DNA of 61,027 nucleotides, filler included. It is 7 parts of 7 records of this genome, joined end to end, with 100 filler letters (N's around TTAATTAATTAA, not from the genome) between each part and the next. Parts side by side here need not be neighbours in the genome. Positions count along the whole stretch, not along the records: positions 1 to 6,364 come from SRR2962707_5155; positions 6,465 to 17,298 come from SRR2962707_5156; 5 more parts are not named here. One strand, written 5' to 3'. Made by a program: the position numbers and the translations under genes. This document shows positions 1 to 13,100 of this stretch, in pieces. The notes under the pieces are model-generated. The model was not told where the DNA came from. It was given only the letters and a program-made list of their open reading frames with translations, and did no database searches. The stretch's first letter is position 1; each line of letters opens with the position of its first letter.

Positions 1-24
1 GCAGCAGCAGCAGCAGCAGCAGCA
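1..24 (+). repeat. (CAG)n trinucleotide tract encoding poly-Gln at the contig start
   Basis: gcagcagcagcagcagcagcagca at the first bases. Confidence 0.9.
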
Positions 25-3000
25 GGAGCACCAGCGCCAACACCAGCATCACCCTCAGCAGCCACTACCCTACGGGCACCATTATGGACATTCGCAACAA
101 CAGCACCCGCAGCAGCAAACTGGTGGACAGCCTTATCAGCAATACCTTCCTCAGCAGTTCGGCCACTCTTACGCTCATCTGCCTCCTCAGCAATACAGCT
201 ACTACGGCCCGTCACACTTGCAGCAAGGGCAGCAGCAGCCAACAGGGCAGCAACCGTCACATGTACAGTCCGGTCAACCACCGAATGCGGCCATGTCAGG
301 AGGTGCTGCGCCGCCCCAGCACCACTACTACCACTCATCTCAGAACAGCCCCTACCAACACCAGTACCAGGGGTACCCACCCAATGGCCAAGCGTACCAC
401 CCACATTACCAAGGCCCTGGCGGTAGTACTTACCATCATCCAAGCGGAGTTCCATCATCTTCACAGAATAATCTTCACTATTTGACTGGAGCGTTGCCGC
501 GCCCTCCACCCGGCTTATCACATCCAAACCAACAAGTGCAAAATCAGCAGCAGCAACAGCAACCGCAGCACCTTCACCAGCAGCCGCAACAGTTGTTGCA
601 GCAGGTGGCACTCCAAGCACAGCAGCAGGATGAACATCAACACCAAAAGACTCCGCTTCAACCACACTCGCAACAGTCACAACACCAGCCGCAGCAGCAA
701 CAGCCGCAAGTATTGCCTCCTCCACCTCCAAACACGCAGCAGTTACAGCGACCAGTGGCACCCCGGCGCCAACCACAGCCTAAATCATCGTCATCTTCGT
801 CCACATCGACGCCGACGTCGTCGACCCCTTCGACGAGCTTGACGTCGCGGGGGTTCGTGCGCAAATGCGTGTTTGCACAGCTGAGTTGGATGAATGTGTC
901 TCGATTTCATGGCTCGACAAAATCATGTGTGAATATAGGCGTTCCAAGATCACTTTCAGCGCAGACTCCTTCCCTCAATGGTTTGCAGGGCAAACGAGAG
1001 CTGAGTGGGAGGCCGGGCTCGCAAAACTACACGTTCCTCAACGCAGCAAACGCAGCTTCTTTCGGAACCGGAGTTTGTATGCCGCCGAGAAGTTTTCAGG
1101 TACAATGCGGCAGATGTTGGACTCTTTCTTTGCTGGCGTATTCACTGCATCACTCAAACACACGTTGTCCATTCCTTTCATTCCAGGCAAGGATCCAACA
1201 AAAAAATCACTGCGAGTTACCGGACCACTTTTGTCAAAGTTGTCGCAGTTTATTCGAAAAAAAATTGCCCGGCAAAAGAAAATCAATTCAAACCGCGCTG
1301 CGGCTCAACAATTGAAAGCGCGTGAGGCCGCTGCGGCAGCCGCAGCTGCGACTCCATCGGTGAGTGCGGTGGCCACGAATTTCTTCTGCATTGGACGCAA
1401 GTCGCCTCGACCGACTGCTGATGTGCCTAATATACACTTTCTTTTTGTTTTTTGCTTGTTACTTTCTTTTTCGTTTTTTTGTATTGTTTAGGGAAAGAAG
1501 GGCACAACGGTCGACGTCAGTCTTCTGTCTCCAAAAGAACTTGCAAAATTCAATGAAAAACAAGCAAAAGCGAAAGAAAAGGCTCGCCTGCGAGCCAAGG
1601 CACAGAAACAGAAAGAAAAAGAGAAAGAGAAACAAAAACTTGCCAAAATTAAGGCCAAGGTTTGCGCTTTGGTGCTGATTCGCGGCGAAGTTACCCGCTG
1701 AGAATGGACTGCCTTGTGGTGCCTCGCAGGACATGCAGTTTTATCGAGTGTTCCTGCGCTTGTTTTGAATGTTCGTAGGAGAAGGAGCGGTTGCGCAAGC
1801 TGAAATTGAAAGAAAAGCGCGAAAAGCGCGAGGCACTCAAAGGCAAAAAGGCAGCACTGAACTCCGCTGCTGCCAAAGCGAATGCTGCGAAGGCCATCGC
1901 AAAACTTGCTGCCGCAGCCGCTAAGGAGGCGGCGGATGCTGAGACGAGCAGCGAGGATTCTGAGGAGACTGGCGAGCAGGCGCCTGTCAAATGGGTTGCA
2001 TGTGATGCATGTGACGAATGGTCGGTTGTGCCGAAGGATGTCCCCATGCCCCCGAAAAATGCGACATGGACATGCTCCATGGCCACGTGGACCCCGGAGC
2101 CAAGAACGTACGGTGAAGTGAAACTGTGATTTTGAATGTTTGGGTGCCCGGCATTTGCTTTCGATGCCATCGATGCCGGCGCCAGCGATAACCGAGAGTG
2201 CGTTTGTCCCATGCTGTGGTGCAGCTGTGCGAGTGTGAAGGCCTTCAACGAGAAGGCTGCCGAAGCGAAAGCTGCCGCTGAAGCTGCTGCAGCTGAGAAG
2301 GTGGAAAAGCGGGCACAACGCCGCGCAGAGCGAGCCGCTTTCGCGAAACTCAAGCAGAAGGAAGCAGTCGCGGCAGCAGCTGCGGCTGCTGAAGCTGCAG
2401 CCGCGCTTGCGGATTTGGAGACAGCAGCTGCAAAGGAATCAGGCGAAACTAGCGCTGAGCCCTTGAGTGGAAAGGATAACACCTCCCCGAAAAAGAAAAT
2501 CAGGAAAATCTTGAAACTCAAGGATCCCACAGAGGGCACTGTCCCCGTAGCTGATGTTCCAAAGGTCGAAGATGGCGACGCTGCCGCCGTACTAAAGGCT
2601 GCAAAGAAAAAAAAGAACATTAAAAAGAGAACCGCCAAAAAGGTGAACAAACGATTGCCAAGACAGTGGCGGCAGTGCGACAAGGCCAGCTGCGGGAAAT
2701 GGCGTGGGCTGCCCGGCGATGTAGTGATCACAACGCCAAAATGGTACTGCAGCATGAATAAATGGACGAAGGCCAACAGTTGTTCAGTTCCACAAGAGTG
2801 GGAATACAACAATGGCAACCCCATCGAACGACTGGAGGTCTGTGTGAAATTGTGTTTTCTTTGTTCGAATGCATCTGATGCTTTGGACTGGAGCACAGGC
2901 GATTTAAGTCTGCTTCGATGGCCGGTGTCGTGTTGGTTGGTTTTAGGATCCTGCTGTTAGCGACACTCAAGCTGCAACAACGGCAGCTACCGATATTGGT

Positions 3001-5432
3001 GCACCCAGTGGCGGTAGTGGCGGAGGTGGAACCGTCGGGCAGCAATGGGCACAATGTGAAACTTGCCACAAGTGGCGCAAGATTCCGCCTTCTGTTGACG
3101 TCAACAAACTTCCAGATCCATGGTACTGCTCCATGAACAAATGGGACCCAGCACGAGCCACGTGTGCTGCACCGGACGAGTGGTCGGCCGGTGGTGGTGC
3201 CCCGCGCGGCGGCGGCCCGGTGGCTCCACGTGTAACACACAGCATGGACATCTCATCTATTTACATGGGGCGTGGGCCAAACAGCAACAAGCATGGGTGC
3301 GCCGTATACATCGATTACAATTACCGGTACGAGGCAGTCACGCAGCACAAACAGTTTTTATTTGATCGCCAGTTCGTGATGGCATTCTGCATGTGTGCCC
3401 TAATTGTTTGCCTGCTGCACTGTGAACGGGATCTTGTCCACAGGCGCCAGAAGACCCAGAACGATGCGGCCGCAAAAGCTGCTGGCAACGCCTCACCTCC
3501 GCCTGTTCAGTCCCCTTTCGGCTCCGGCGAGCCGACGAAAGATGGGCTTGTGAAACTATCTTATGGACACATTTTACGGCTGCGCAGTGGCAAGACGGCT
3601 AAAAGCCTTGGGTTGGGGCCGGCGGTTGTTGAAGCACTGAAGGGTAGTTCCGCGTACAAACACAGCAAAAAGTGGTACCCCAGTGCGAATGCAGCTCTGG
3701 CCGAGGAATATGGAGGAATCATGGGTGGGAACACAGGGCGCCTATCCAAAGACGCCAGTGGCGGCAGTGGCGTCGGAAGCAGTGGCACTGGCCGAGCCGC
3801 TAAGCGCAAAACGACTACTGTAGCTGCTCGCTTTGTTCGTGGCGAGTACAGTCTGTTGCCGCCGCAAATCTTGGCCACACCACAGCCCCTGTCGCAATTG
3901 CAACGCGCGTGCCGGCACTTCAATTGGAGGACAGTTCAAGACCATGTCCAAAGTCTCATGGGATCCTCGCTTCGCGATAACTCAGAAAAAATGGGTTCTA
4001 GCGCAGAAAATGCGGATGAAGCACAGCGCAAAAAGGCCCGCTTGTCGCTGGGCAGTGTGGAACATCGCCCTACCTCTCCTCCCCCTGTCTTCTCGGGCAG
4101 GTTTGACCACCTGCTTTACAATGGAGGCAGCGGTCGATCCAGCGACGGGGCTGCGGGAGCAGCTGAACACGAAGGGCAGGTTACAAAGCCTAGTATGAGC
4201 AAACTTGAGCGCGTTCTCTCTGAGCGCGTGCTGCTTGGCCAGTGTCTCGAATCACAAGATGCTGTTGTGGAAGAGGAAACTATTTCACTGCGCCTGAGGG
4301 CGACCGTCCTCAAACTATTGCAGGCGGGGCCTGCGTCCTTGGGCGATGTTGTCACACTGATTGGCACGCCATCCATTAAGCGTGCGGTGGCCAAACAGCT
4401 TGAACTGCTTGTGGCAGCCGGAATTTTGGAGCACCGCGAGCAGCTGTATCGGCGCAGGCGTCGGCGCCGACGCCGCCTCAACTCGACTGTTGCCGAAACC
4501 GACGGCGCTGACACCGTCGCCGATAGTGGTGCGCCGGATGCGAAAGGCGTTCGAGACGCATCGATGCCCGACTACAGCACGGCCGGGACTCCTCAAGATG
4601 GCGATGAAGTGTCAGTCCGGCGAAAACGTCCCCGCAATACCAAGAAAGGACGTCGGCGCGGACGAGAGCGGGCTGCGGCTATTGTTGCTGCCCAGAAGCT
4701 AGCGAGTGGTTCCGGGGACACATTGCAAGCCGCTCCGGTCGTTGGCGCTGGCAGTGGAGGAGAGACCAGCCCCCGCGCGCTGGAACTCGCAGGAAAATCG
4801 GAGAGCCGCGCGGGTTCTCCCGGAAATGCCCGTGGTGCATCGGTTGCAAGTGCCCAGGACGAAGACTATGAATACGAAGACGTGTTTGTTGATGGAGAGG
4901 AGTTTTCTGACTTTTCAATGTCGTCTGTTGATGGAGATGGCGAAGACGAAGACAGTGCCGACGATCTTGATAGTGACGACGATAGCTTTGTTGAGGATGA
5001 TGCTGGAGATCACATTGAAGCTGACGGCACTGGCAAAGTGCAGGGTGCACCGAGTGCCCCCAGCGGCACTGCTGAGTCGGTGGCGTCTCCAGAAGTTTGG
5101 GACAATTTCAATCCTGTTTCGAAAGACATGGTCGCAGAAGCAGCTGCACGAGCGACGAGGCGCCCTCGCGTCCAGATCAAGGTTTGTCGAGTGGCTTGTT
5201 GCTTGCGTGTGGAGGTTGTGCGGCGCGGTGCTTTGGTACACAGCATAGCTGAGACCGAACATTCACTTTGTCTGTGCTTTATGTTGTTTGGCGTTAGTCA
5301 ACTACAACGTACCAGTTTGTCCCGCTTGCCAACCACGGAAACAGTGATTTGACGAACGGAAAATTCACTGCGGTGGAGCCAGTTGTGTCACCCTATCCCA
5401 TCCAACTGGTAAAACCATGGAAGTGTTTTTGA
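1..5432 (+). CDS. 5'-truncated multi-exon eukaryotic gene: Q/H/P-rich N-terminus, K/A-rich coiled segments, three CW-type zinc fingers (putative chromatin reader), acidic C-terminal region
   Basis: Three W-x-x-C-x2/4-C-x2-W...W-x-C-S-M motifs: KWVACDACDEW..WTCSMATW (~1990-2110), QWRQCDKASCGKWR..WYCSMNKW..C (~2665-2800), QWAQCETCHKWRKIP..WYCSMNKWDPARATC (~3043-3180). ORF pieces switch frame at GT..AG introns, e.g. last intron 5182-5297 and stop TGA 5430-5432. Exon boundaries are only partly resolved. Confidence 0.7.
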
Positions 5433-5837
5433 GGAGGTGGTTAACGCTATTGAGAAGGTGGTGCTGTGACCTTTCTGCTGCCACGTTCGCTTTGTCATAA
5501 CGCCGTCACATTTTACATGTTAATTGAATTACAAAATTGTGATTGACCGAGCGCGTCCTTGGCATTCATTCACGCTTGACAATTTGCAAGCATCGTTTGA
5601 CTGAGAGATTGTGTTCACCCAACGACGAAAATGGGCGGACGAAAACCGCGCCCCTGCGCACGACCTTTCGGTTCAATAGTGAACCACAAAGCTTTGTCCC
5701 GCCGACATGTTGGCCGGAATGTCGATTTCCAAAGTTGAGCCTTCTGGGGTTTGGAACGATATGCGGTCACCGGGGCCTATTTTAGGGTCCGCAACATGAA
5801 TGCAAAGTTGTCAACACCAGCAGCACGTGACACCTCG

Positions 5838-6364
5838 TCAACCGTCAGCAAGGAATGCAATTGATACACTGACAGCAGCAGCACAGTGAGCGAACGAACC
5901 AGCGCCTTCCGGGCAAACCACGGACACACCGCGCGGAGGCAGAGCCCAAGTGTGGTGCACACCGTCTTCACCCACCACGCTCGCAGAAGGGACAGCCTCC
6001 GGAATTTCTTGTTGCTGCTCAGGCTGCACATGAACATACGACGTTGTGGTGCCAGCGGTCGCACTGTGGTGTGCCTGCTGCGACAAGCGATGCATGCGCT
6101 CCCTCATTTCCCGCTCGCGGCGCAGCCTGTCAAACAAGTCGCGCTGCTCCTTCTCCCTGCGGAGTCGGTCGTGCAGCAGCTGCTGCTGGCGGTTGTGGTT
6201 CTCACGCTGCAAGTTGAGCTGGCGGGTCAGGTTCTGCTGGCGGATCCGCTCGTTGTTCTGGAGCGTCTGCTGCAGGCGCTGCTGGTTCTGCTGCTGCTGC
6301 CTCAGGTTGTTCTGGCGCATCATGTCGTTCTGCCGCTGCTGGTTCATGCGCATTTGATTCTGCT
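5838..6364 (-). CDS. Partial Q/R/N-rich low-complexity protein, truncated at the contig end
   Basis: ORF 5838..6353 (RMNQQRQNDMMRQNNLRQQQQ...) reads from the contig edge with coiled-coil-like composition. No family recognised. Confidence 0.4.
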
Positions 6365-6464
6365 NNNNNNNNNNNNNNNNNNNNNNNNNNNNNNNNNNNN
6401 NNNNNNNNTTAATTAATTAANNNNNNNNNNNNNNNNNNNNNNNNNNNNNNNNNNNNNNNNNNNN
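6365..6464. other. Artificial contig-join spacer
   Basis: 44 N + TTAATTAATTAA (6409-6420; stops in all six frames, contains PacI site) + 44 N. Confidence 0.99.
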
Positions 6465-7113
6465 TAAACACTCCAGCTTGAATCCCCGCAACTGATGACA
6501 GAAACGCGGAGCAGATCATGCCGTATATTTCTTGTGCATGCAATTGCACGAATCCAGCCGAGAAGTCGGAGTCGCAGGACTCACTGTCGTTGCAAAGGTC
6601 CCGACGCAACCAGTTTGTTGGTTAGCTTCAACGTTGACCTCAGCGTTGCTTCAAGTATTCTGAAGTGGCACCAACTTTGCGTTGCCAGCCAATGCCAGTG
6701 GTACGTTGTGGTGCATGGCTGTTCAGGAACGATACATCTGTCCAAACGGACATTTGTGTGGCGTACGAAGACTCTCGATTGCTGCACTACACTTGGAAAG
6801 ATTAACAGATGATGACAAATGCCTGGTAAACTTCGTGAACTTGTCATTACAGCCAATATTCGTTTTGTCTGCCAGAGCGATGCCCGTGCATTGGCGGAAT
6901 TCCTGAGAGCAAAAAGATGCTCAACACAGCCGCACAAACGCAAGGTGTGCCGCCGTGACTGCAGTTTGGATTTTAAAAAGAAGAAAGCGCAGCTCACAAA
7001 AAACATGCGCCGCCAAATTGCACACGTCCGGTGGTCTCCACAGGCTTGTCGTGCGAATGCAAAAATTACCGACCTCGTCATGGAAGGTGGTGCGCTCACG
7101 GTACAAATATTAT

Positions 7114-10100
7114 TTAATGCGTGTCGTAGCTGACGACTGTGCCGTAAGGATTCAGGTCTCGATCGAGCAGACGAACCTCCTCCACTTGCAACTCCTCTGT
7201 ACTCAGAATTGAAATCTCGAACTCAAACGGAAAAGATTTTCGCGCATGGGGTACTACAAACAACGGAAACAAGGCCGACCCTGTAAACGTATTCGAGCGG
7301 CACCCAGCACTGGGTCTCGTGTCAATGCGTACCATCGTGCATATTTTCCGTTCTTCGACAAGGCCTGCGTGGCGTGTTCGCCCGGCTGGCGTTTTTGCGC
7401 TGCGAAGTACATGCAGTGGCGCACCAGCTGCTGATGCAACCGCCGTCACCGTTGTTGTGGTGGTGCCATCCGCACTGGCGGATTCAAAAATCGTGTCAAA
7501 CCGCTGACCGGCACTGTGCGCGGCAACTGTGGCAGCGGAACCGAACTTCAATGAAGGTCTGTTTACGCAGATTGTCATGCCGCAACCCGTGCCGCGAACT
7601 CCTCCGTGAATGAGACCATCTTCGCTGTCAAGGTTGTCCTGAGTCAACGACAACGCAGAACCCGAGACGCGATGGGAGTGTCGGAAAGACTGTGTTGTCT
7701 CGTTGTTGATTCCGCCGCGTGATGAGTTATCGCGATTCTCAACCCGCGTAGCTGCGTTGCCAGATATTGCTTTATAACTCAAGACCTTCACACGCACCTT
7801 CTGGACGATAACGATTTGAACCTGCCGAGGCCCCGACGTCGATTTCACACTGACCCTCAGCTGCGGATTATCAAACCAGGCCTTCGATACCACCAACTTG
7901 TGCAACGGAAAGGGAGTCACTCTTGCATCGGCTGGCAATGGAAGTGTTTTTCTAAGCAGCCTTGACGTGCGTAACGATTGCTGACCTTGAGACTGCCGAG
8001 CGAACCTCGGGCCACCAGAAGAGACAGAAGGTGCCTTTCCACTCCACACGGCGTGAAAGTTCCAGGTGTATGGAACTTTCCGCAAAGACATATTGGTCTG
8101 AGTCACGGACAAAAGTTGCACCCGCAATTTGACCACCAAGTCTGAGCCGTGTGAGTCACGGGTTGAATTGGCCACAGCACCTGTGTTGACGACGACAAAC
8201 ACGTCGTGGCAGTCTCCGTCGGATCGAAAGTTATCAATCAGTAGATGCAGCTTTGAATCTCCGCGCGTGGATGAGGACACCTCACAGGACGCTGACGCTA
8301 AAACCTCGAAGTTCGGCAGCAGTACTGGCTCGCGTTCAAATTCTTCACGAGGAACTGGCTTGGCTGTGACGCGTCGTGCAGATCGAGATGACCCGTCAGC
8401 GCGGCCAAAGTGAGCATCGTCGTCTGAGTCTTCTGAGTCAGTGAGTTCAATATCAACGGCAAGGTTGCGTTCGCTAGCCCGACCGCCGTGGGCCGGGGTC
8501 ATTGTGTTTCGTACCAAGAACGCGTGAAGAACAACTGTGTCTGTGGTATCCATGGACTCGATTTTGATATCCTCGTTTTCTCGCTGTTGACGGTGGTTGG
8601 CCCCAGTGCGATTAACCATTTCCAAATGGGAGTGAACAGCTCCTTGCCCTGAGGCAACAGACAGCGGTGAGGTGTCGCTATTGTCAAAACCTGATCCGGC
8701 TGGCTGCATCGGTGGCAGGTTTACTGCCGTTGTCCGTTCCGAGTGTTGGAGGCTATTTTCCATTAGTTCGTGCAGATAAACAGGGTTGCACGCGGAGGAT
8801 GTTGACACAGATGACACGGTGGCGGGCGCAGCGGACGTAGTCGCGGCAAGCGAAGCTGCCGTGAACCCCGTTTCCCATGAATCAAACGTGTCGTTATCAG
8901 ACACACTGGCATCAGAATCGCCTGCGCGCCCACAGTCAGTCGATGCATTGATGCCGTTTTCTGCCGGGCGGTGCACGAAGCTGCCACTACGCCGTGTCAA
9001 TGCAGCCTGCACAATCACCGCAAAACCGGGTCCATTCTGGGGATAGCTGGGTTCCTCTTCGCTGACACTGTTTCCAGAATTGGACATGCCTTTCTCGTGT
9101 GACACGCTGGGTTTCTGCGCATGCGCATTCACCACAACGTACGCTAACGGAGAAAAAAGTGCGGCCCTCGCATCTCCATCAACAGAGAATTGACCGACTG
9201 GGCCATTAAAACCTCCTCGTGATTGAAGTGTGTGACTATCAACGAGTGAGGTGACAGTGAGTTTGTCCAGATATGCCTGAACAATTCCGCGAAGACTCTC
9301 GCTGTGAGTCGCGGAGCTGTTCGACTCTGCCAACTGCCCCAAATAATCGCGCAGGGTCAACAGCATTGGCCAGTCGTGCATGGAAAGAGCGCGCTGCACG
9401 ACTGATTCAAACATCTGAACGCATCTACGCTGCAGCGCTTTTTGCAAGTGTATTGCAAGGTCCATGCGCAAGTGGTCCCACCGACATAAAGAAAGCGCAT
9501 ATCCCGCTGCGTACGGGCAATCACTGTGGGCAAACGCCAGACAATGGCGCTCTAACATGAGTTGCTTCAACAAGGTGTCGCATTCTTGAACCAGAAGACG
9601 AACCGTGAAACGGTTCAATTCCGGTCGAGCGATATCATGGAGGTCCTTATCATCCCACGCAAACACCTTGGCTCGGTCAAGCCACGCACGCGCGTTGCCA
9701 ATGAAAGTTCGGAAAGTCTCTGCAAGCGAGTAAGGGACAAATCGCGATGGCGACAAATACTCTCGCTCAATATGCCGTCTGGTTCGAGCTAAATTCTCCA
9801 TATCGACCAATGCCGGGTGTGAGCAGCCGTTTCGTGCAGCGGCACGACGAACTACAGTCAAAGTGTCCCACTCGAATTGATCGGGACCTTGGCCAAGCAT
9901 TCATGCCAATCATAGAAACAAGCGATTCCGTTAGGGAAGCAATTTTTTCACAGCGACTTCCACCGCCTTGCCGCGCCTCTGCCGTACCTTTGCCAAGCAA
10001 CTGGCCAATCACCTTTGCATGGTATTCAAACCGGCGTAAACAGCGTTCGCCACATTCGATCACCGAATCGGACATCCCGGCCTCAAGCGCTCGGCGCAGC

Positions 10101-13100
10101 TGCAACCGAAGTGATTTGGTTTTGAGCGGTTTTGGATTAGACATCGGAATCAGAACGTCTGTCAAGCTCCGCAGTCGCGATGCACTACGCTCGGAATCAA
10201 GGCCACGCGTCAGGACTTGAATATTGGTTTTTATTCGTTGGAAAATTGTGACTCGTTGTCGGACAATGTCTAACGCAGCGCGGTCCAGAAGACGTGCAAC
10301 CGCCTAGTAGTTTGTCACGGAGCAATGCACAGTGAAGACATAGGATGCGATACACACGAAGCCACACGAAGCCGTACCTATCAAAAGCTCGTGCGTTGCG
10401 CACCTGGTCACGGTCTACGCGGTGCACGGACGCTACGACAGCAGATAAATCGCAAACGGCAGAATATGCAAACTGCCGCAACTTTGACTCCAACGCCATG
10501 GCTTGCAGACCGATGTGCACGTGCGTGCGACACGCTTTCAAAAACCCGAACAGCTTCGGAAAACGGCTTGGTCTGTTCGACGACAAAACATTGCAGCAAA
10601 GCAGAATTAGAAGTATCTAGTAACGCACGCTAGGTGTCGTGTGCCCGAAGAAAATGTTTACGTACACGAAAACTGATATCTCCACGAAGTGATCAATCGC
10701 AACAATGGTCGACTTCAAAAGCCCACCCAGCCCTCTAGAAACCCAAATTGCAACTTGTGGCGCAAGAGGTTGGCCCGTTTTTTTATCAAATTCTAAATCG
10801 CGAACTCGCCACAACAAAGCAAAAACGTCGAGCAGACGCCCTACGCAGAGCAGAAGCTGCTCATCTAAGTCATTTCCAAAACTGCTTTCAGTGTCGACGA
10901 GCTGCTGCAAAAGCTCCAAGTGTGGGTCGACAAGACGTTCTTGCTCCGTGGCCGGTCTCAAAGGCCTGGGGTCATGCATGCTAAGCACCATACATAGACG
11001 ATGAGAGGGACGTAGGCCATGGGCGGCAATTCGCTACTAAAAACCTGAGCAGTGGTGACAATACGCACAATTCGGAACGAGGACATTTTTTCTGCCTCGC
11101 TATCTGTCGCCGAGCTGAATTGATCCTGGATTGCAACGTGCCGCGAACAGAGCTTGGTAGGGGCGCACTTCTGAGGGCGAGCCTCATGTGAGGTGAAGGA
11201 CCGTCGACGTCAACGCTTTCTACTCCAGGTGTCCATGCCGTTAAAACAGAGTTCAATTTTAACATCGTTGCGTCAACTTGCAACGCACGCTGCGCGACAA
11301 AGCGAGTTTTCTCCAATTGAACTGCGGCACGTTCTTTCACGGTGGCTTCCGTGCACATGGTGAGCACAGCTCCGATCTAACAAAATTTTCAAAAGTCACG
11401 GCATGTCGACAACGCGCTTCGCAGCCTGACGTGTGTGACAACAGGCAAGATGGACTCACTTGGTCTACGTCGTATGCTGCAATGGCTCTATGCAAAATAG
11501 CTGACGCCTTTTGGCTGACCCATGATATCAATTTCCGAAGCTGTAGTGCCGCCTCAGCTGGGTTCTCACTGTATGCGTCCCAGACCGCAACATTCGGGAT
11601 TCCGGAACTCGGGTCCTTTTCAGTCGGCGAAGTTTCCGACAACTACAGTTCGTGAAATCAAGCATTCGCACACGTAAAAAGCAAAATTACCAATCAACTG
11701 CGGTTGTTCAGAAACAAGAAACCCAAAGCAGCAAGTTATCGCGATAGCTTACTTCAACAAGCTTTTGCGCATGCAACATCTGAATGAAGCGACGCAGCCG
11801 TTCGACGCTCGATGAATTTACGGCGAGATCAGTGGCAGGAATGTCTGATCCACTCTTCAGACTCAGCTGGGCCGATGAACTGTAACGCGAACGGACGCCT
11901 GGCGCTCGTGTCGGTGAGGGCACGCAGTCCATGGGCACGACCACGTCATTGCTGCAACCTGAAACCTCGACCAGATTTGGCAGAATTGCTGGAGCAATTA
12001 TGGCTTGGTACATTTTGACGAACTCGTCTTGACTGACATTGCGTCCACGCAGAAGCGACGTCGCACGCAACGTTTCGCTAACAATGCCAGCGATCTCGTT
12101 GAACTGATCAGGCGCGATTGCTTTCGCAAAGTCAGTCGCTGCTGTGCCAATACTTTCATGTGAGAGTTCACCATCCATGTCACGGTGCCTATTGAGAAGC
12201 TTTTGAAGCAGCTCCGCGTCGCGGGCCTGTCGCGCAGTTTGAAATGCACGCTGCGCCGTGCGTTGTCGCCACCGTGCCTGAACCTGTGCATGTTGCCGCA
12301 TCGTACAGCGCATTGAATAATATGGTATGTGCTGCTCGCGATCGGGTCAACAAATGTAACACTTGTACCTTGCACAGTTTTGCCTCTGCATCACTGTCAT
12401 ATCCGGACCTGCCGACCCCAAACCGAAGCATTCCATGAATATCGACCAGCGCTTGCAGCATGCGCCAATCGCGTGCTTGGCAACACGCATCAAACTGCAA
12501 GCTAACGTTGAGCAAGAAACTGCGGGTTGAATCAGCACAGCCTTTCGCTGCTAGTTGTCTGGCGCACGCTTGCATAATTGATGCAGCGGTCAGCAGCAGT
12601 GGCGCCACCCGACATGTCTCGCTTGCGTGCGAGGAAGCTGTCGCCAGCGCAACAGCCAACTCTTGCAATATTGGTTGCCGCTGGGCCCGAAGAAAAAGTT
12701 CGACGTTAGAAACAGCGCGCCCTATCCTGTCCAGTTCGCGTAGTGCGCAGCGAAGGGATGTTCTGATGTCCGGCTCGTCGCCGGCGCGAGTGCGATTGTT
12801 CCGGACCAACGCATGCTGAACATCACCACTTGCACGAAGAAAAGCCTGGACTACGTCAGCAACCACCGGTACAAGGTGACAACTCACAGAAAGCTGTGGC
12901 AAACTGTCGGCAGCCAGCGTCCTGCAGCCAACCATATGTAACACTAAAACACGTTGTCGAACCACCGAACTCGATTACCAAGAGGCCAAATCGTGATACG
13001 TGCCTGCTCGAAGAAAAGTCATCGCGAGGCCAATGTTCAGATAAATAGGGGCTCTGCTGGCCGAGCCGTGCTCGAGAATGTGGCACGACCATCTTTTCAC

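Noticed and set aside
1691-2896. 401-aa minus-strand Ala/Phe/Ser-rich ORF
   Set aside because: Antisense of the K/A/E-rich exons of the CW-finger gene.
6465-7133. Possible 3' exons of a plus-strand gene at the start of contig 2
   Set aside because: Short ORFs without recognisable motifs; cannot be distinguished from UTR or intergenic DNA.
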